A stretch of DNA of 64,000 nucleotides, taken from a virus (Duplodnaviria; Caudoviricetes). The DNA lies in IMG/VR virus record IMGVR_UViG_3300027977_000033, positions 1,821-65,820 of that record; one strand, given 5' to 3'. Numbering within the stretch: the first letter of the stretch is position 1; the number at the start of each line of letters is the position of its first letter. Shown piece after piece: positions 46,842 through 56,897 of the stretch. The position numbers and the translations under genes were made by a program. The notes under the pieces were generated by a model. It did not search any database. It saw only the letters and a program-made list of their open reading frames with translations, and was not told the DNA's origin.

Positions 46842-47182
46842 TGAACCTTTCCTCTCTTCATCTTGAACAGTAAGAATGCACAACGAACCAAGGCCCTTTC
46901 CATGTGGGCCAACCTATCCTCCCCGAAAGCATCCGGATTGGGTCGATTGCCGTCGAGTTGCATAAGTGCTTGACATATATGGGAAATTGCGCGGTCTGCG
47001 TTATAACGGATACTATCCTGATAGTACCATTGCCCAAAGGAGCTTTTGTTTGATCCAGTCTCCATTATTTTGCAGACTGTTGTAGAAGCCTCGCTTGCAA
47101 CCTCGAGAATGCTTGGGGCGAGAGCCTCTACTGCTTCCCCCTTATCGTTGGTATAAGTAAAAGCTTCATTGTTTTTCTTCAT
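46838..47182 (-). CDS. Divergent DUF5664 (dATP/dGTP diphosphohydrolase-like) protein
   Basis: ME.G..K...G.W......RAI.H.......D...E..LAH..RAL.R..F pattern. Confidence 0.45.
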   Translation of the reverse strand: MKKNNEAFTYTNDKGEAVEALAPSILEVASEASTTVCKIMETGSNKSSFGQWYYQDSIRYNADRAISHICQALMQLDGNRPNPDAFGEDRLAHMERALVRCAFLLFKMKRGKVQ

Positions 47183-47351
47183 TTTGCTTTTCTTTCGCGA
47201 TTGATTTTGCTATTAACTTTGCCGCGTCAATTTGGCAGATCGCTGCTCGAATTGTGTGACAACCGCCGGCAGGCGCTTCGTCTCGAAGCTTTGCCATAAT
47301 TTTTCTACCCCGCTCTAGCATGTCGATTAACCACTCTATGTCGTGTCTCAT
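47166..47351 (-). CDS. Hypothetical protein
   Basis: GGAGG RBS, ATGA overlap. Confidence 0.45.
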   Translation of the reverse strand: MRHDIEWLIDMLERGRKIMAKLRDEAPAGGCHTIRAAICQIDAAKLIAKSIAKEKQNEEKQ

Positions 47352-47980
47352 TTATCTTCCTCCCTTTTGTTAATATCGTAATAGAACGAATCAGTGTCCT
47401 CTGTGATCCACCTATCGGATTGGTTTTCCACAGACGGCAACTCGGTGTCTACACGAAATTGTTTTAAGTTTTCTGGCAACTTCTTCGTCACCCAATTAGA
47501 ATCCCGCCAGAAGATTCGGTTGTTAGGCATACACAGCAAGTACCCATCATCTGCAGCAAAGACGTGCCCACACTTGTAATCGGAAGGCTCATCGCTGTAG
47601 GGGTTATGAAACCAGTCTACGGTAAACATGTAGGTGCCCCACACTTTGGTTCCATCCCTCAATACGATCTGGGCTCGGTGATACCCTAGGAAACTATACT
47701 CGCTGACGGTCACGTTCTCCGAGAAGCAGTCCCACAATTGCTTGTAGTTGAAAGGTATATCGTTGGTAGGTTTATCCAGATAAATTTCCGATAGCGGAAC
47801 GCGGGATCGCACCATTCCAGTATCGGTCATAACGTGAAATGTTAGTATAGTTCCGGGGTAAGATTGCAGTGCAAAGACGTATACATTGTACAATTCATCT
47901 CGGTCGGCTTCATCTTTTGTGAAGAAAGACTTTCTTACTTTGGCTTTAAAGCTTGGGATATTTTCGTTTAGAGTTGCCAT
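47348..47980 (-). CDS. Conserved phage protein (LN.NIP...QLWDCFS...Y.FTVDW...HK/YK CGHV...PNNR.W.D family)
   Basis: Widespread aquatic phage motif; start probably at MATLNENIP. Confidence 0.65.
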   Translation of the reverse strand: MATLNENIPSFKAKVRKSFFTKDEADRDELYNVYVFALQSYPGTILTFHVMTDTGMVRSRVPLSEIYLDKPTNDIPFNYKQLWDCFSENVTVSEYSFLGYHRAQIVLRDGTKVWGTYMFTVDWFHNPYSDEPSDYKCGHVFAADDGYLLCMPNNRIFWRDSNWVTKKLPENLKQFRVDTELPSVENQSDRWITEDTDSFYYDINKREEDK

Positions 47981-47981
47981 A

Positions 47982-48281
47982 TTAGGATACCATTTCCTCA
48001 ACCGGAACATCTTCCTCAATTTCGGCCCAAGCAGGAGGCTCTATTTCTCGGAAGCGTTCTTGATTAAATCCTCGTTCTGGGTGGGGCGGGTGGTTTGAGG
48101 CTGGGTTAAGAAGTCCTTCTAAGTATATAACGACTTCTCCCGCTTCACCTTTCCAGTTCACCCCAATTCCCACGTCTCTGACTTGATAAACCTGATCTTT
48201 TACTGGTAAGAATTGGTAGAAACTTACGACCTCTTTGGGAAAGTTGTCGTCCGTACAAATAACTTTTGAACCCCGTCTCAT
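47982..48281 (-). CDS. Hypothetical SH3-like protein
   Basis: G.KVIC.DD...Y.VR...F..ERFR motif; AAGGAG RBS. Confidence 0.55.
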   Translation of the reverse strand: MRRGSKVICTDDNFPKEVVSFYQFLPVKDQVYQVRDVGIGVNWKGEAGEVVIYLEGLLNPASNHPPHPERGFNQERFREIEPPAWAEIEEDVPVEEMVS

Positions 48282-48413
48282 TACAGCTCCTTAATTCTTT
48301 TATAAATCCAAACGAGTAAACCGACTCCGCAAGCTACTAGGGATACACCCCAGCCGATTATGATTAGTAAAAGACAACATTTAGTAAAGATGTCGCTTAG
48401 CCAAAAAATAATA

Positions 48414-48716
48414 TCAAACAGTTGTGACATTACCAAACTCCTTTATTCCGCATTCTTTCGCCACCATCGCCTCCAGTATTGATCCCGCACTTCCGGCCCA
48501 GCCCGGAAGAAAATAGATATGGTCGGCTCGCAAAAGCATTTGCAGATCATGACGCATGTATTGAGGGCGGGGAAGATCTTGTCTCCCATCAAAGTTTTCC
48601 GCTGGATTTAATACGGTGTGGCCCAGCGCCCGCAGGACCGCGGCCTTCTCGTTAAAAGAGTCGAAGTTGTGGTTGTGGTAGCCCGTCATCGGGCCGGATA
48701 GATAGATGGTTTTCAT
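48414..48716 (-). CDS. DUF4406 (nucleoside deoxyribosyltransferase-like) protein
   Basis: IYLSGPMTG...N...F...A..LR..G..V.NPAE...L.GW..S.G..LE motif. Confidence 0.8.
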   Translation of the reverse strand: MKTIYLSGPMTGYHNHNFDSFNEKAAVLRALGHTVLNPAENFDGRQDLPRPQYMRHDLQMLLRADHIYFLPGWAGSAGSILEAMVAKECGIKEFGNVTTV

Positions 48717-48889
48717 GTTACTTTGGTTTCCTCCTTTATTTGCGCCATCACTGATTCAATGTTCAAGTCTTCAGTTGCAAAGGTAATGACTTTTGCTATC
48801 CCGCTTTCTGGATCCACCCCCGTAATGCGGTAGGTGTACCAGCGAAAAGACAGTCGAAGCCACAGTAAATAAATAAGATGATCGAACAT

Positions 48890-48933
48890 AAAATGAAAGG
48901 CACCACCACCGGTTAAGATGATGGTGCCCCTCG
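48890..48933 (-). terminator. Intrinsic terminator after the SSB-like gene
   Basis: GGGCACCA...TGGTGCCC stem followed by TTTCATTTT on the - strand. Confidence 0.65.
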
Positions 48934-48938
48934 AATGA

Positions 48939-49685
48939 TTAACCGAAGATTGCCTTCAGTTGTTCTGCCGCCTCGGGGGAATGTTTGCCCCCAATCTTTA
49001 GTTGGGGCACGAAGTACGAACCCGAAGGGCTAGTACGAATCTTGCTGGTCAGCTCATAGTAGGCTGTGTGGAGGCCGGACTTCAGGAACAATTGACTGTC
49101 CGTGAAGACCTGCTTTCCGGCAGAGCGGTAAGCGCTTTTCGCCATCAAGTACTGAGCCAGTCCAAACTGCTTGTCTCCCACGGGGAACGGGAACAAGGGA
49201 TTATCCTTCTCCGGTGCCTCGATCGCTACAATGCTTTGGAGTGCTTCTGTGTACTTGTCGGCATCCACTTCCGCCTCTGGATCATTCATCAAAGCCCCTC
49301 CTGCCGCCCGCACGTCCGCGAGTCGGTTAAAGGTCTTTGCGATTTGATCTGAACCGTACACCACATCCTGAATATAGATTTTCTGGATGCGGAGGAAGGT
49401 GATTTTCGCCGGCTTCTTGCCGTCTCCGATCACCACCTCACGGTTGTAAACGAATGCTCCAGGCTGGAACGTGTTAGACAGTTCGCCTGTTTTAGCCACG
49501 AGGTTGAGCCGAGGGACGGTAAAGTCCTTCGCCGAGAACTCTCCCTCGACTTGGCCAGCCAATGTGTTAACGGCTAGCGAAGCCATGGGCGCTTCGATAA
49601 TCGCTCCTTCTTCTTTTGGTTCGTCTACTGCGGGGTTTGATGCTTTGGTTGTTTTTGCGTTGGTAGGCGCGAATGATGTTTTCAT
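48939..49685 (-). CDS. Single-stranded DNA-binding-like protein
   Basis: D...PRL.LV...G...PG motif; synteny with DUF2800 and PolA. Confidence 0.5.
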   Translation of the reverse strand: MKTSFAPTNAKTTKASNPAVDEPKEEGAIIEAPMASLAVNTLAGQVEGEFSAKDFTVPRLNLVAKTGELSNTFQPGAFVYNREVVIGDGKKPAKITFLRIQKIYIQDVVYGSDQIAKTFNRLADVRAAGGALMNDPEAEVDADKYTEALQSIVAIEAPEKDNPLFPFPVGDKQFGLAQYLMAKSAYRSAGKQVFTDSQLFLKSGLHTAYYELTSKIRTSPSGSYFVPQLKIGGKHSPEAAEQLKAIFG

Positions 49686-49692
49686 ATTTTGT

Positions 49693-50784
49693 TTAGTTTG
49701 TTTCTTTGGTTTTTGCCAAGTAGGTCACCTCTCCTCCACCTTTCAATAGATTGGCTTCGTTGAGTTTATCCTCCAAGGCTTGTTTTGCTTGTTGTTTTTG
49801 GCCACGAGGAAATGATTCCGCGTAGGCTTTTTCTAGCTTGCTCCACGATATGGTGGCGCATGCCGAAAATTGTTCTGCTGTTAATTTGTCTTTGATGATG
49901 TCGTACGTTTGCGTGGCGTCAACGATTTCTTTTTTGCCGGCGCGAGATTTGAGCTCATAGCCTGGGATGTCGCCACCCGACATACGGAAGTCCATATTTG
50001 ATTTCTTGACGCTGTCGCACCACCTCTCCATGACGCGACGGATGGATTCAGCCTGCGATCTCTGGTCAGGAGTCGCAAGAGTAAGCGGGTCTGCGAGTAC
50101 CGGCAACTCTGCGTCTCGGAGCATGTCGTATCCTTTGCTGATGACGAGGGCTTTCGAATGTAGTGCTTTGCATGTTCCTTTGTTTCCACAGTAAAGACAT
50201 CCTTTCTCCGTCGGGTTCAGTTCCGGTTCTGGTTGCTGAGCCCGAGCAATGATTGTTTCTACGCGGAGTCTAAGCCGATCGTAATCTTTGTCACGACTAA
50301 AAGTATGTCTGCTGATCATGTTGATGCGAGGTTGTGCGAAGACCACTTCGACTTCGTCAATCTCTTTCCATTTCTCGAAAACCCCCACGGCGTACGCCCA
50401 GCCCTGAATGTTATCTTCCGCGTCATCCACGGCATGCCATCCGAACTTGGCGTCACCAATCTTGGCTTTGCCTTTCCCGATCAGTACGATGTCGGCAGTA
50501 CCGAATGTCTTACCTTCGGCAATCTGCAACTGCACTTCTGGGAGGTCGGCAATGATTTCGCCCAGCTCATTCTTCATTCCTTGGAAAACATCGGCAACCA
50601 TCAACACATTCTTCTTCTGCCATTCGTCTAGACCCTCGTAGTTCCCTGTCTCGAGAGCTTTGTGCATCATCGTTCCCTCTTGAGCGGCGATAGAACCCCC
50701 TTCCGTTGGCTGTGGTTCGTTGTCCCATCCGGGGCAAATCTCCCGCCATTTGAGTGAACTTGGTCCGTATTTGTGGTGGCTCAT
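49693..50784 (-). CDS. DUF2800 / Cas4-like PD-(D/E)XK exonuclease
   Basis: H..YGPSS...CPG, GT..H, GTAD, D.KFG, N.Q...YA.G, CLYC...C motifs. Confidence 0.8.
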   Translation of the reverse strand: MSHHKYGPSSLKWREICPGWDNEPQPTEGGSIAAQEGTMMHKALETGNYEGLDEWQKKNVLMVADVFQGMKNELGEIIADLPEVQLQIAEGKTFGTADIVLIGKGKAKIGDAKFGWHAVDDAEDNIQGWAYAVGVFEKWKEIDEVEVVFAQPRINMISRHTFSRDKDYDRLRLRVETIIARAQQPEPELNPTEKGCLYCGNKGTCKALHSKALVISKGYDMLRDAELPVLADPLTLATPDQRSQAESIRRVMERWCDSVKKSNMDFRMSGGDIPGYELKSRAGKKEIVDATQTYDIIKDKLTAEQFSACATISWSKLEKAYAESFPRGQKQQAKQALEDKLNEANLLKGGGEVTYLAKTKETN

Positions 50785-52055
50785 AGTATTGCTCCTAATG
50801 TGTCCCCGTCCGATAGTGTTTCAATGTTGTGGAGTTTTCGACGGAGGCTCCTAGCGATTTGTGTTTCAACGGTTCCGTTTGCGAAAAGCAAGTATTGCCT
50901 ACTGGGAGACAAAGCTCCCGCTCGATGAATTCTTCCGAGAGCCTGCTTGGTATCGATCGCCGAGTACGTTGGCGCGATAAGACTGATTCTTGGTACTCCT
51001 TGCAGGTCATGTAGGGACAATCCAACACCACCCGCCTGAATCATGCAAGCACATATTTTTACTTTGTTTGCTTGAAAGTCCGCGATATTCCGTACACGGT
51101 CATCATCTTTCTGATCGCCAATGATTTCTGTCGATTCCTCTCTGACAAGGTTTCGGTAGGCTTCAAGCGATTGTCGAAAATTGAAGAAAGCAACGACAGC
51201 GTTTCCTTCTGCAATCGCTTGTTCGGTAAGTTCGACAAAGACAGGTACACGCATCAACTCCGCTTCTTGCCTCGCACGGAGTTTGATCGTGAGCGGATTG
51301 TCGCTCCATCTTTTAGCTTTGAGTTCCGAGATTTGCGCTTGCATTTTTTCGTAGATGATGTCGACGTCCCCCATGTCGTAGCACTCTGCAAACACGGAGT
51401 TGCTTGGGAAAGCGTCCCCGAGGTCAGCGATTCGGATGCGGTGTCCTTTCTCCGGAAAAATAGATCTGTGAATTTCTTGTAGCATTTTCTTTCCGCCCAT
51501 GAAAGCCAGACCACGGCCCCATGGGGCAGGTCGACAACCCATCTTGTAATTCCACCGGTAGAAGTCGTGGTATTCATGGAGGCCCAACATGAAGCCTGTC
51601 GCTCGCATGTCCAGCGGATTCTCTGCAGCGGTCGCGGATAACATCAGTACTGGGTACTTCTTAGAGCCCGTAAGTATTTTAGCGTTAACGCTTGTTGGTC
51701 CTTTACACCGGTGAACTTCGTCAAAAATTAAAAGTTTCGCCCCTCGGAAAGTCCACTCCCAACTCTTGGCGTCGTTCCATTTTCCGAACCTTGTCTTCCC
51801 GGTCTTTAACTTCTCGTAGTTTATAACGTCATGCGTTATACCCCCTCGTTCTAGCCATTCTTTCCAAGATGGGATAACTGCTTTTGGGCAGACGACAATG
51901 ACGTCCGCTTGTAATTGTTGGGCAAGCCAGACGGCTTTGGCTGTTTTACCTGTGCCAGTATCGCTGGCGTCGAGGGCTACGTTATTTTTCTGAAGACTTT
52001 GTAATAGAGCTTCCGCTCCCGGTTTCTGCCACTCGAACAATGTGATGTCTGCCAT
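50781..52055 (-). CDS. Superfamily 2 (SNF2-like) helicase
   Basis: TGTGKT, DEVH, LSAT, GGVGLSL, QALGRIHR motifs. Confidence 0.88.
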   Translation of the reverse strand: MADITLFEWQKPGAEALLQSLQKNNVALDASDTGTGKTAKAVWLAQQLQADVIVVCPKAVIPSWKEWLERGGITHDVINYEKLKTGKTRFGKWNDAKSWEWTFRGAKLLIFDEVHRCKGPTSVNAKILTGSKKYPVLMLSATAAENPLDMRATGFMLGLHEYHDFYRWNYKMGCRPAPWGRGLAFMGGKKMLQEIHRSIFPEKGHRIRIADLGDAFPSNSVFAECYDMGDVDIIYEKMQAQISELKAKRWSDNPLTIKLRARQEAELMRVPVFVELTEQAIAEGNAVVAFFNFRQSLEAYRNLVREESTEIIGDQKDDDRVRNIADFQANKVKICACMIQAGGVGLSLHDLQGVPRISLIAPTYSAIDTKQALGRIHRAGALSPSRQYLLFANGTVETQIARSLRRKLHNIETLSDGDTLGAIL

Positions 52056-52491
52056 ATTCGAGAATCAATAGTGCATCCGCCGTCGACAATGTCACGCTCA
52101 AATTTGGAAATCTTCTTTGAGCTTCAGCTTTCAGTTTATTCTTCCATTCTGTTTTGCTGGCCATGCCTTTGCTGTTTCCCAAGCTCAGAGCTTTTTGCCA
52201 CGCTTGCGGACGAACCATTTCGATTCGGTACCCTAGCGTCATAGCCACTCCTAGGATAAACCCAAACCCTCGGCCAAAGTTAAACATTGCTGAACCCGGA
52301 CTGCCCGCCCCACCCACGTAACCACCCACTTGTTCGATTACGATCACGTCGTGGCACACTCGAAGACTTTTTAGCTTACCCAGCACATCTCCCTCGGTCT
52401 CAGGCATTTTTACAGCATCGGCCATACCGTTCACAGTAATGGACGCTATGCCCCCACTCGCTCCAGGATCAATAGCTACCATCCAGATCAT
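51982..52491 (-). CDS. RuvC-like Holliday junction resolvase
   Basis: AIDPGASGG, IEQV, FNFG, P..WQK, ADALLI motifs. Confidence 0.8.
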   Translation of the reverse strand: MIWMVAIDPGASGGIASITVNGMADAVKMPETEGDVLGKLKSLRVCHDVIVIEQVGGYVGGAGSPGSAMFNFGRGFGFILGVAMTLGYRIEMVRPQAWQKALSLGNSKGMASKTEWKNKLKAEAQRRFPNLSVTLSTADALLILEYGRHHIVRVAETGSGSSITKSSEK

Positions 52492-52537
52492 CTCTTATAA
52501 AAAGAGTGGATTGCCAAGCGGATTCTGATACTATCAA

Positions 52538-54238
52538 GTGATGCTCCAGATAGAGAAGTATGGCCGGTTGTGGCCGGAGGGGGCGACCCAGCTTACTATT
52601 GAACTACTTGCTTTTCGGGAGGGCATTAACCCCGAGCAGGGGGGATTGGGCAAAGAGCAACACTTCTGGAACGTCGTGGAGATGCTTTGGCCGTATCACC
52701 CAAAGAAAAATCCTACTGGGTTCCAACGCAATCCGTGGGCGGATGATCAGATCGCCGAGCTCTGCAAGTGGAATTATCTCGGCATCTCTGGCCCCAAGTC
52801 CTCCGCAAAGACGGAGGTGGTTGGGTTGTGGGGATTAGTTAATTGGTACTGCGCTCCTTTTGACACGTTGGTCTTGGTGACCACTACGTCGGTTCGCGAG
52901 GCCCGTAAGCGTATGTGGGGTCGAGTCCGTGAGCGTCACATGCAGGCCAAAGTCATGCCAGGCAAGCTAGTCGACTCGATGGGCAAGCTAGTGTTAGAGG
53001 AGGGTAGTAGCGACCGCTCAAGCATTACTCTCGTCCCCTCGGCAAAAGACAAAGAGAAAGAAGCGTCGGAGAAGTTGCTCGGCCTGAAGAACAAGAGAGT
53101 GTTTCTCCTGATTGACGAGGCCACGGACGTATCGCCCGCTATTTTTGAAGCGACCGCCAATCTTTCCGCCAATCCGTTTTTTCAATGTGTCGCCTGCGGT
53201 AACTTTAATTCTGCCTATGACCCGTTTGGCCAGTTCGTTACCCCCACGGCAGGCTGGCAGTCTATCACCGTAGACGAGGGAGGGTGGGAGACTAAAGACG
53301 GTTTCTGTCTGCATTTAGACGGAGAGAAAACTCCCAACCTAGAGCATGACGACAAGTGGCCTTTCTTGCTGACGGGTAAAAAACTAGACGAGGACCGGAA
53401 GCGTCTTGGGGAGAACTCTCTGTCTTATTGGAGGTTTATTCGCTCCTTCCCTGCTCCGGCAGGCTCGGAGGAGAACATATACAGCGAGGCGGATTTGCGT
53501 AAGTTCGAGGCGCACAAGACCGCTATGTGGGTGGGAGCTAAACAGCCCATTCCCGTGGCCGGTTTTGATCCTGGCTTCACCAACGGAGGGGATAGGTCGG
53601 TCTTGTTTCTCGGGAAGTACGGAGAGACAGATGCGGGTATGACAGTATTTTTTGACAAGTACGTCGAGCTTCGAGAGAACTCGTCTATTCGAGATAACCC
53701 CCGTAACTTTCAGATTGCTCAAGCATTGAAGTCCGAGTGCGAGAAGTATGGGGTGTTACCTAGATATCTGGCGGTCGACGCCACCGGAGCCGGAGATCCC
53801 CTTTGCGATATTATTGCCACGATTTGGAGCCCCTCTATTTTGAGGGTTAAGTTTTCTGAAAGGCCCAGCGGTATGGCCGTCAGCCGGTCGTCCCATATAA
53901 AGGCGGAGGAGTCTTACGGGAACCGAGTTTCCGAGCTTTGGTATGTCGGTAGAGAGTTCTTGAGGGCTAACCAAGTTCGGGGGGTTACCGTTGATTTGGC
54001 TAGGGAGTTGGTTGGGAGGCAGTACAGGACTGCCGAGCGGGGTAAGATATACATAGAAGCCAAGAGGGATATGAAGGCTAGGTTCGGGAGATCCCCCGAC
54101 ATAGCTGACGCAGCCTTCCTTATGCTAGATGTATGCCGTCAAAGGGCTAACGCTATAGCTGGGACTACTGTGGCTGGGGGTGGCAAATACCGAGACTTCT
54201 TAGACTTTACCAAAAAAGTTGATGCCTTATATTCTTGA
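52538..54238 (+). CDS. terL: Terminase large subunit
   Basis: SGPKSSAKT Walker A, LLIDEA Walker B, GFDPG...GD nuclease motif, SPDIADA. Confidence 0.88.
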   Translation: MMLQIEKYGRLWPEGATQLTIELLAFREGINPEQGGLGKEQHFWNVVEMLWPYHPKKNPTGFQRNPWADDQIAELCKWNYLGISGPKSSAKTEVVGLWGLVNWYCAPFDTLVLVTTTSVREARKRMWGRVRERHMQAKVMPGKLVDSMGKLVLEEGSSDRSSITLVPSAKDKEKEASEKLLGLKNKRVFLLIDEATDVSPAIFEATANLSANPFFQCVACGNFNSAYDPFGQFVTPTAGWQSITVDEGGWETKDGFCLHLDGEKTPNLEHDDKWPFLLTGKKLDEDRKRLGENSLSYWRFIRSFPAPAGSEENIYSEADLRKFEAHKTAMWVGAKQPIPVAGFDPGFTNGGDRSVLFLGKYGETDAGMTVFFDKYVELRENSSIRDNPRNFQIAQALKSECEKYGVLPRYLAVDATGAGDPLCDIIATIWSPSILRVKFSERPSGMAVSRSSHIKAEESYGNRVSELWYVGREFLRANQVRGVTVDLARELVGRQYRTAERGKIYIEAKRDMKARFGRSPDIADAAFLMLDVCRQRANAIAGTTVAGGGKYRDFLDFTKKVDALYS

Positions 54239-54263
54239 CCCAAGCCAAGTAATTGAGTACGTA
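54235..54263 (+). promoter_or_regulatory. Promoter upstream of the portal
   Basis: TTGACC-N17-TACGTA. Confidence 0.45.
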
Positions 54264-54273
54264 GGAGTTTAAC

Positions 54274-56565
54274 GTGGATCAGAACCTAGAGACAATCTCC
54301 CCAGAGGGTCGGCCACCCAAATCGAGGCTTAAAGATGCTAAATCTGCTTTTGCGATCTATACGAACCTTTTGGACGCAGATACTGATAGCGCTTCGCAAC
54401 GGGTGCGCGTCCAAGCAATGCTCGATGGTGAGCCACCGTACAATCCGACCACTCTGCGGAATCTCGGCCAGTCTTATCGTTCGAATCTAAATTTCTTAGA
54501 AGCTTCGGCGGATTTGGAATATGCCCTTTCGGCTTATTCTGATTTGGTTAACGGCGTCCCGATGTTGGCCCAAGTAAAGACCAAGTTTGGCGACGCAACC
54601 CAGCGGGGGAATTACAACCAGATTATTTCCGAAGAGTTCGACCGCGTTCTACGCAAAGACTGGGATGAGTTCTTTTACAACCAGCAACGACTAGCCCACG
54701 AGTTTGTTGCTTATGGCGTTGGCTTTGCTTTCTTCGACGACGATACCGATTGGCGCTGGAAGGTTGCTGGGCTCCGTGATTTTTATGTCCCGAGAGGCAT
54801 ACCCGCTACCGATAGTCGTATCGAATTTTGTTGCGCTCGCAGATCTTATTATGCCCACGAGTTGTACCAATATATTAAAGACCCGAAGGCGGCCAAGGCA
54901 GTTGGGTGGGATGTAGAGGAAGCCCGTAGGGCGATTATCAACGCAGTCCCTGCCGACGTGGCTGGCACGAAACTCGAATGGGAAGAGATTCAAGTAATGC
55001 TGAAAGACAACGATCTTTCTCTTTCTTTTGCTCGTTCTGCCGAGATTCAGACCATTCACTATTATATCTTGGAGTTCGATGGGCGGGTGACTCATGCGAT
55101 CGGTCTTCGTGACGGCTCCAATCAAAATTTCCTTTTCCGCAAAGACAACCGTTTCGCAAACATTAACGAAGCTTTGGTGATGTTCACCTACGGTATCGGC
55201 ACTAACGGTACCCTTCATTCTGTCCGAGGTCTCGCCTACAAGATTTACCCCCACATCCAAGTTAACAACCGTCTACGGAATGCCATTATCGATTCGACCT
55301 TGCTTTCGACTTCTGTGATGATCCAACCACAAACGATGGACGACTTGCAGAATCTGACCATTGCTTACAACGGACCGATGGCGATTCTCCCTCCGAATCT
55401 AAATATTGTTGAGCGGACTTCTCCAAATCTCGCAAATAACGCTTTACCGATCGCCCAAGAGCTTTCGACAATTCGCAGGAACAACACGGGGAGTTACGCC
55501 TCACAAGTTGTGAGCTCCGCCTCGCAAGAGCGTACCGCTACCGAAGTAAGTGCCCAGCTCGAGAAAGAAGCAGTACTTTCTACGCAAGCACAGAATTTCT
55601 ATTATGTTCCGTGGGGTAAGCTCCTTAAAGAACAATTTCGCCGGCTCGCTAAAGGTAATTGGAAGGACAGTCAGCCGGGAGGCGCTATCGCTATTGAGTT
55701 CCTTAAACGCCTCCGCGAACGCGGAGTTCCAATGCAAGCCCTTAAGGAGGTGTATGATGTAGCGCCCTTAAAAGCTGTCGGGTATGGGAGCGCTCAAGCT
55801 CGACTGCTGGCGTACAACGAATTTATGCAGATGTTGCCAATGCTCGACGAGACAGGTCGCGCGAATGTTATTCGCGATCGTATCGCTGTCCGTGTCGGAT
55901 ACGATCAGGTCGATCGTTATGCCTCTCCGAGTGCTGTGCCTCCGAGGTTACCGGTGGACGCGAAGATTGCTGAACTTGAGAATGACTCTATGCAGAGCGG
56001 GAGAAGCGTCACCGTCCAGCCCGGAGAGAACCACGCAGTCCATTTACAAATCCACGCTATGGATTCTGTTCGATTCCTACAAGCTCTCGACCAGAACGCA
56101 GTCCCGCCTGTTGAGGCATTCAAGTATCTCTCCCTTTCCGGACCCCATATGGCTTCTCATCTCCAACAGATTTCTTCCGATGTCAGTCGTCAGGCTGTTA
56201 TCGGCCAATACAAAGATATCATCAATAAAATTACTCAAGCCGTTCAAAGACTTGGGGAAAGTCTCGCTCGTGAACAACGGCAACAGCAGGAAGCTATGGC
56301 GAAGATGCAACAGAAACAATTGCAAGACGCTATGCAGATGCAGGTTGATGATGCTAAGGGTAAGTTGCAGGCTGAGTACGCTGTTAAGATTGCTAAGGTG
56401 CAGGCAGATGCCCAGATCGACAAAGCAGCCTCAGACGCCAAGATTGCGATCAAGAGTGAAGAGGCTCGCCAACGTATGGCGCTACGAGATGCTCAAACAG
56501 CTCAGCGTCTACGGGCCCAATCCGAAAAGAATCGTTTATCGGTCGAAAAGAAAAGACTTGCTTAA
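54274..56565 (+). CDS. Portal protein
   Basis: 763 aa after TerL; ERTATEV motif; Gln-rich C-terminal barrel coiled coil. Confidence 0.8.
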   Translation: MDQNLETISPEGRPPKSRLKDAKSAFAIYTNLLDADTDSASQRVRVQAMLDGEPPYNPTTLRNLGQSYRSNLNFLEASADLEYALSAYSDLVNGVPMLAQVKTKFGDATQRGNYNQIISEEFDRVLRKDWDEFFYNQQRLAHEFVAYGVGFAFFDDDTDWRWKVAGLRDFYVPRGIPATDSRIEFCCARRSYYAHELYQYIKDPKAAKAVGWDVEEARRAIINAVPADVAGTKLEWEEIQVMLKDNDLSLSFARSAEIQTIHYYILEFDGRVTHAIGLRDGSNQNFLFRKDNRFANINEALVMFTYGIGTNGTLHSVRGLAYKIYPHIQVNNRLRNAIIDSTLLSTSVMIQPQTMDDLQNLTIAYNGPMAILPPNLNIVERTSPNLANNALPIAQELSTIRRNNTGSYASQVVSSASQERTATEVSAQLEKEAVLSTQAQNFYYVPWGKLLKEQFRRLAKGNWKDSQPGGAIAIEFLKRLRERGVPMQALKEVYDVAPLKAVGYGSAQARLLAYNEFMQMLPMLDETGRANVIRDRIAVRVGYDQVDRYASPSAVPPRLPVDAKIAELENDSMQSGRSVTVQPGENHAVHLQIHAMDSVRFLQALDQNAVPPVEAFKYLSLSGPHMASHLQQISSDVSRQAVIGQYKDIINKITQAVQRLGESLAREQRQQQEAMAKMQQKQLQDAMQMQVDDAKGKLQAEYAVKIAKVQADAQIDKAASDAKIAIKSEEARQRMALRDAQTAQRLRAQSEKNRLSVEKKRLA

Positions 56566-56592
56566 TTTTCGGATTCTGCGACAAACATAAGA

Positions 56593-56880
56593 ATGACTTT
56601 CCAAGAGTGGAGCAAGCGCGACGACTACGTAAAGCTTTGGGAAAAGACTTGGCAAGAGCCACACATGCGGGCTGGTCTTACTGCTCTGATTCATCTTGGT
56701 ATCCCTCAAGTTAGTATTTTGACTCCGGCGACAACTAACGGCGAGAGCATCAACATTAGAGCCCTCGCGCACTCTAGAACCGAGGGTTGGTTTGCCGCTA
56801 TAAAAGCAATCGAACTTCTCAAGACACCCACCAACGAGCAACAAGAGTTGCCAGGTCCTTGGGAGGATGCAACCAGATAA
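56593..56880 (+). CDS. Small protein between portal and scaffold
   Basis: Synteny, 95 aa. Confidence 0.55.
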   Translation: MTFQEWSKRDDYVKLWEKTWQEPHMRAGLTALIHLGIPQVSILTPATTNGESINIRALAHSRTEGWFAAIKAIELLKTPTNEQQELPGPWEDATR

Positions 56881-56897
56881 AATAAGAAAACAAATAT

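Noticed and set aside
46838-47182. Z-base (2-aminoadenine) genome system suggested by the DUF5664-like gene
   Set aside because: No purZ-like gene recognised in the window and the DUF5664 similarity is weak
26359-52491. Lysogeny module (integrase/repressor) or tRNA genes
   Set aside because: No tyrosine/serine recombinase motifs or cloverleaf with a T-loop recognised by eye; the part of the genome outside the window was not seen
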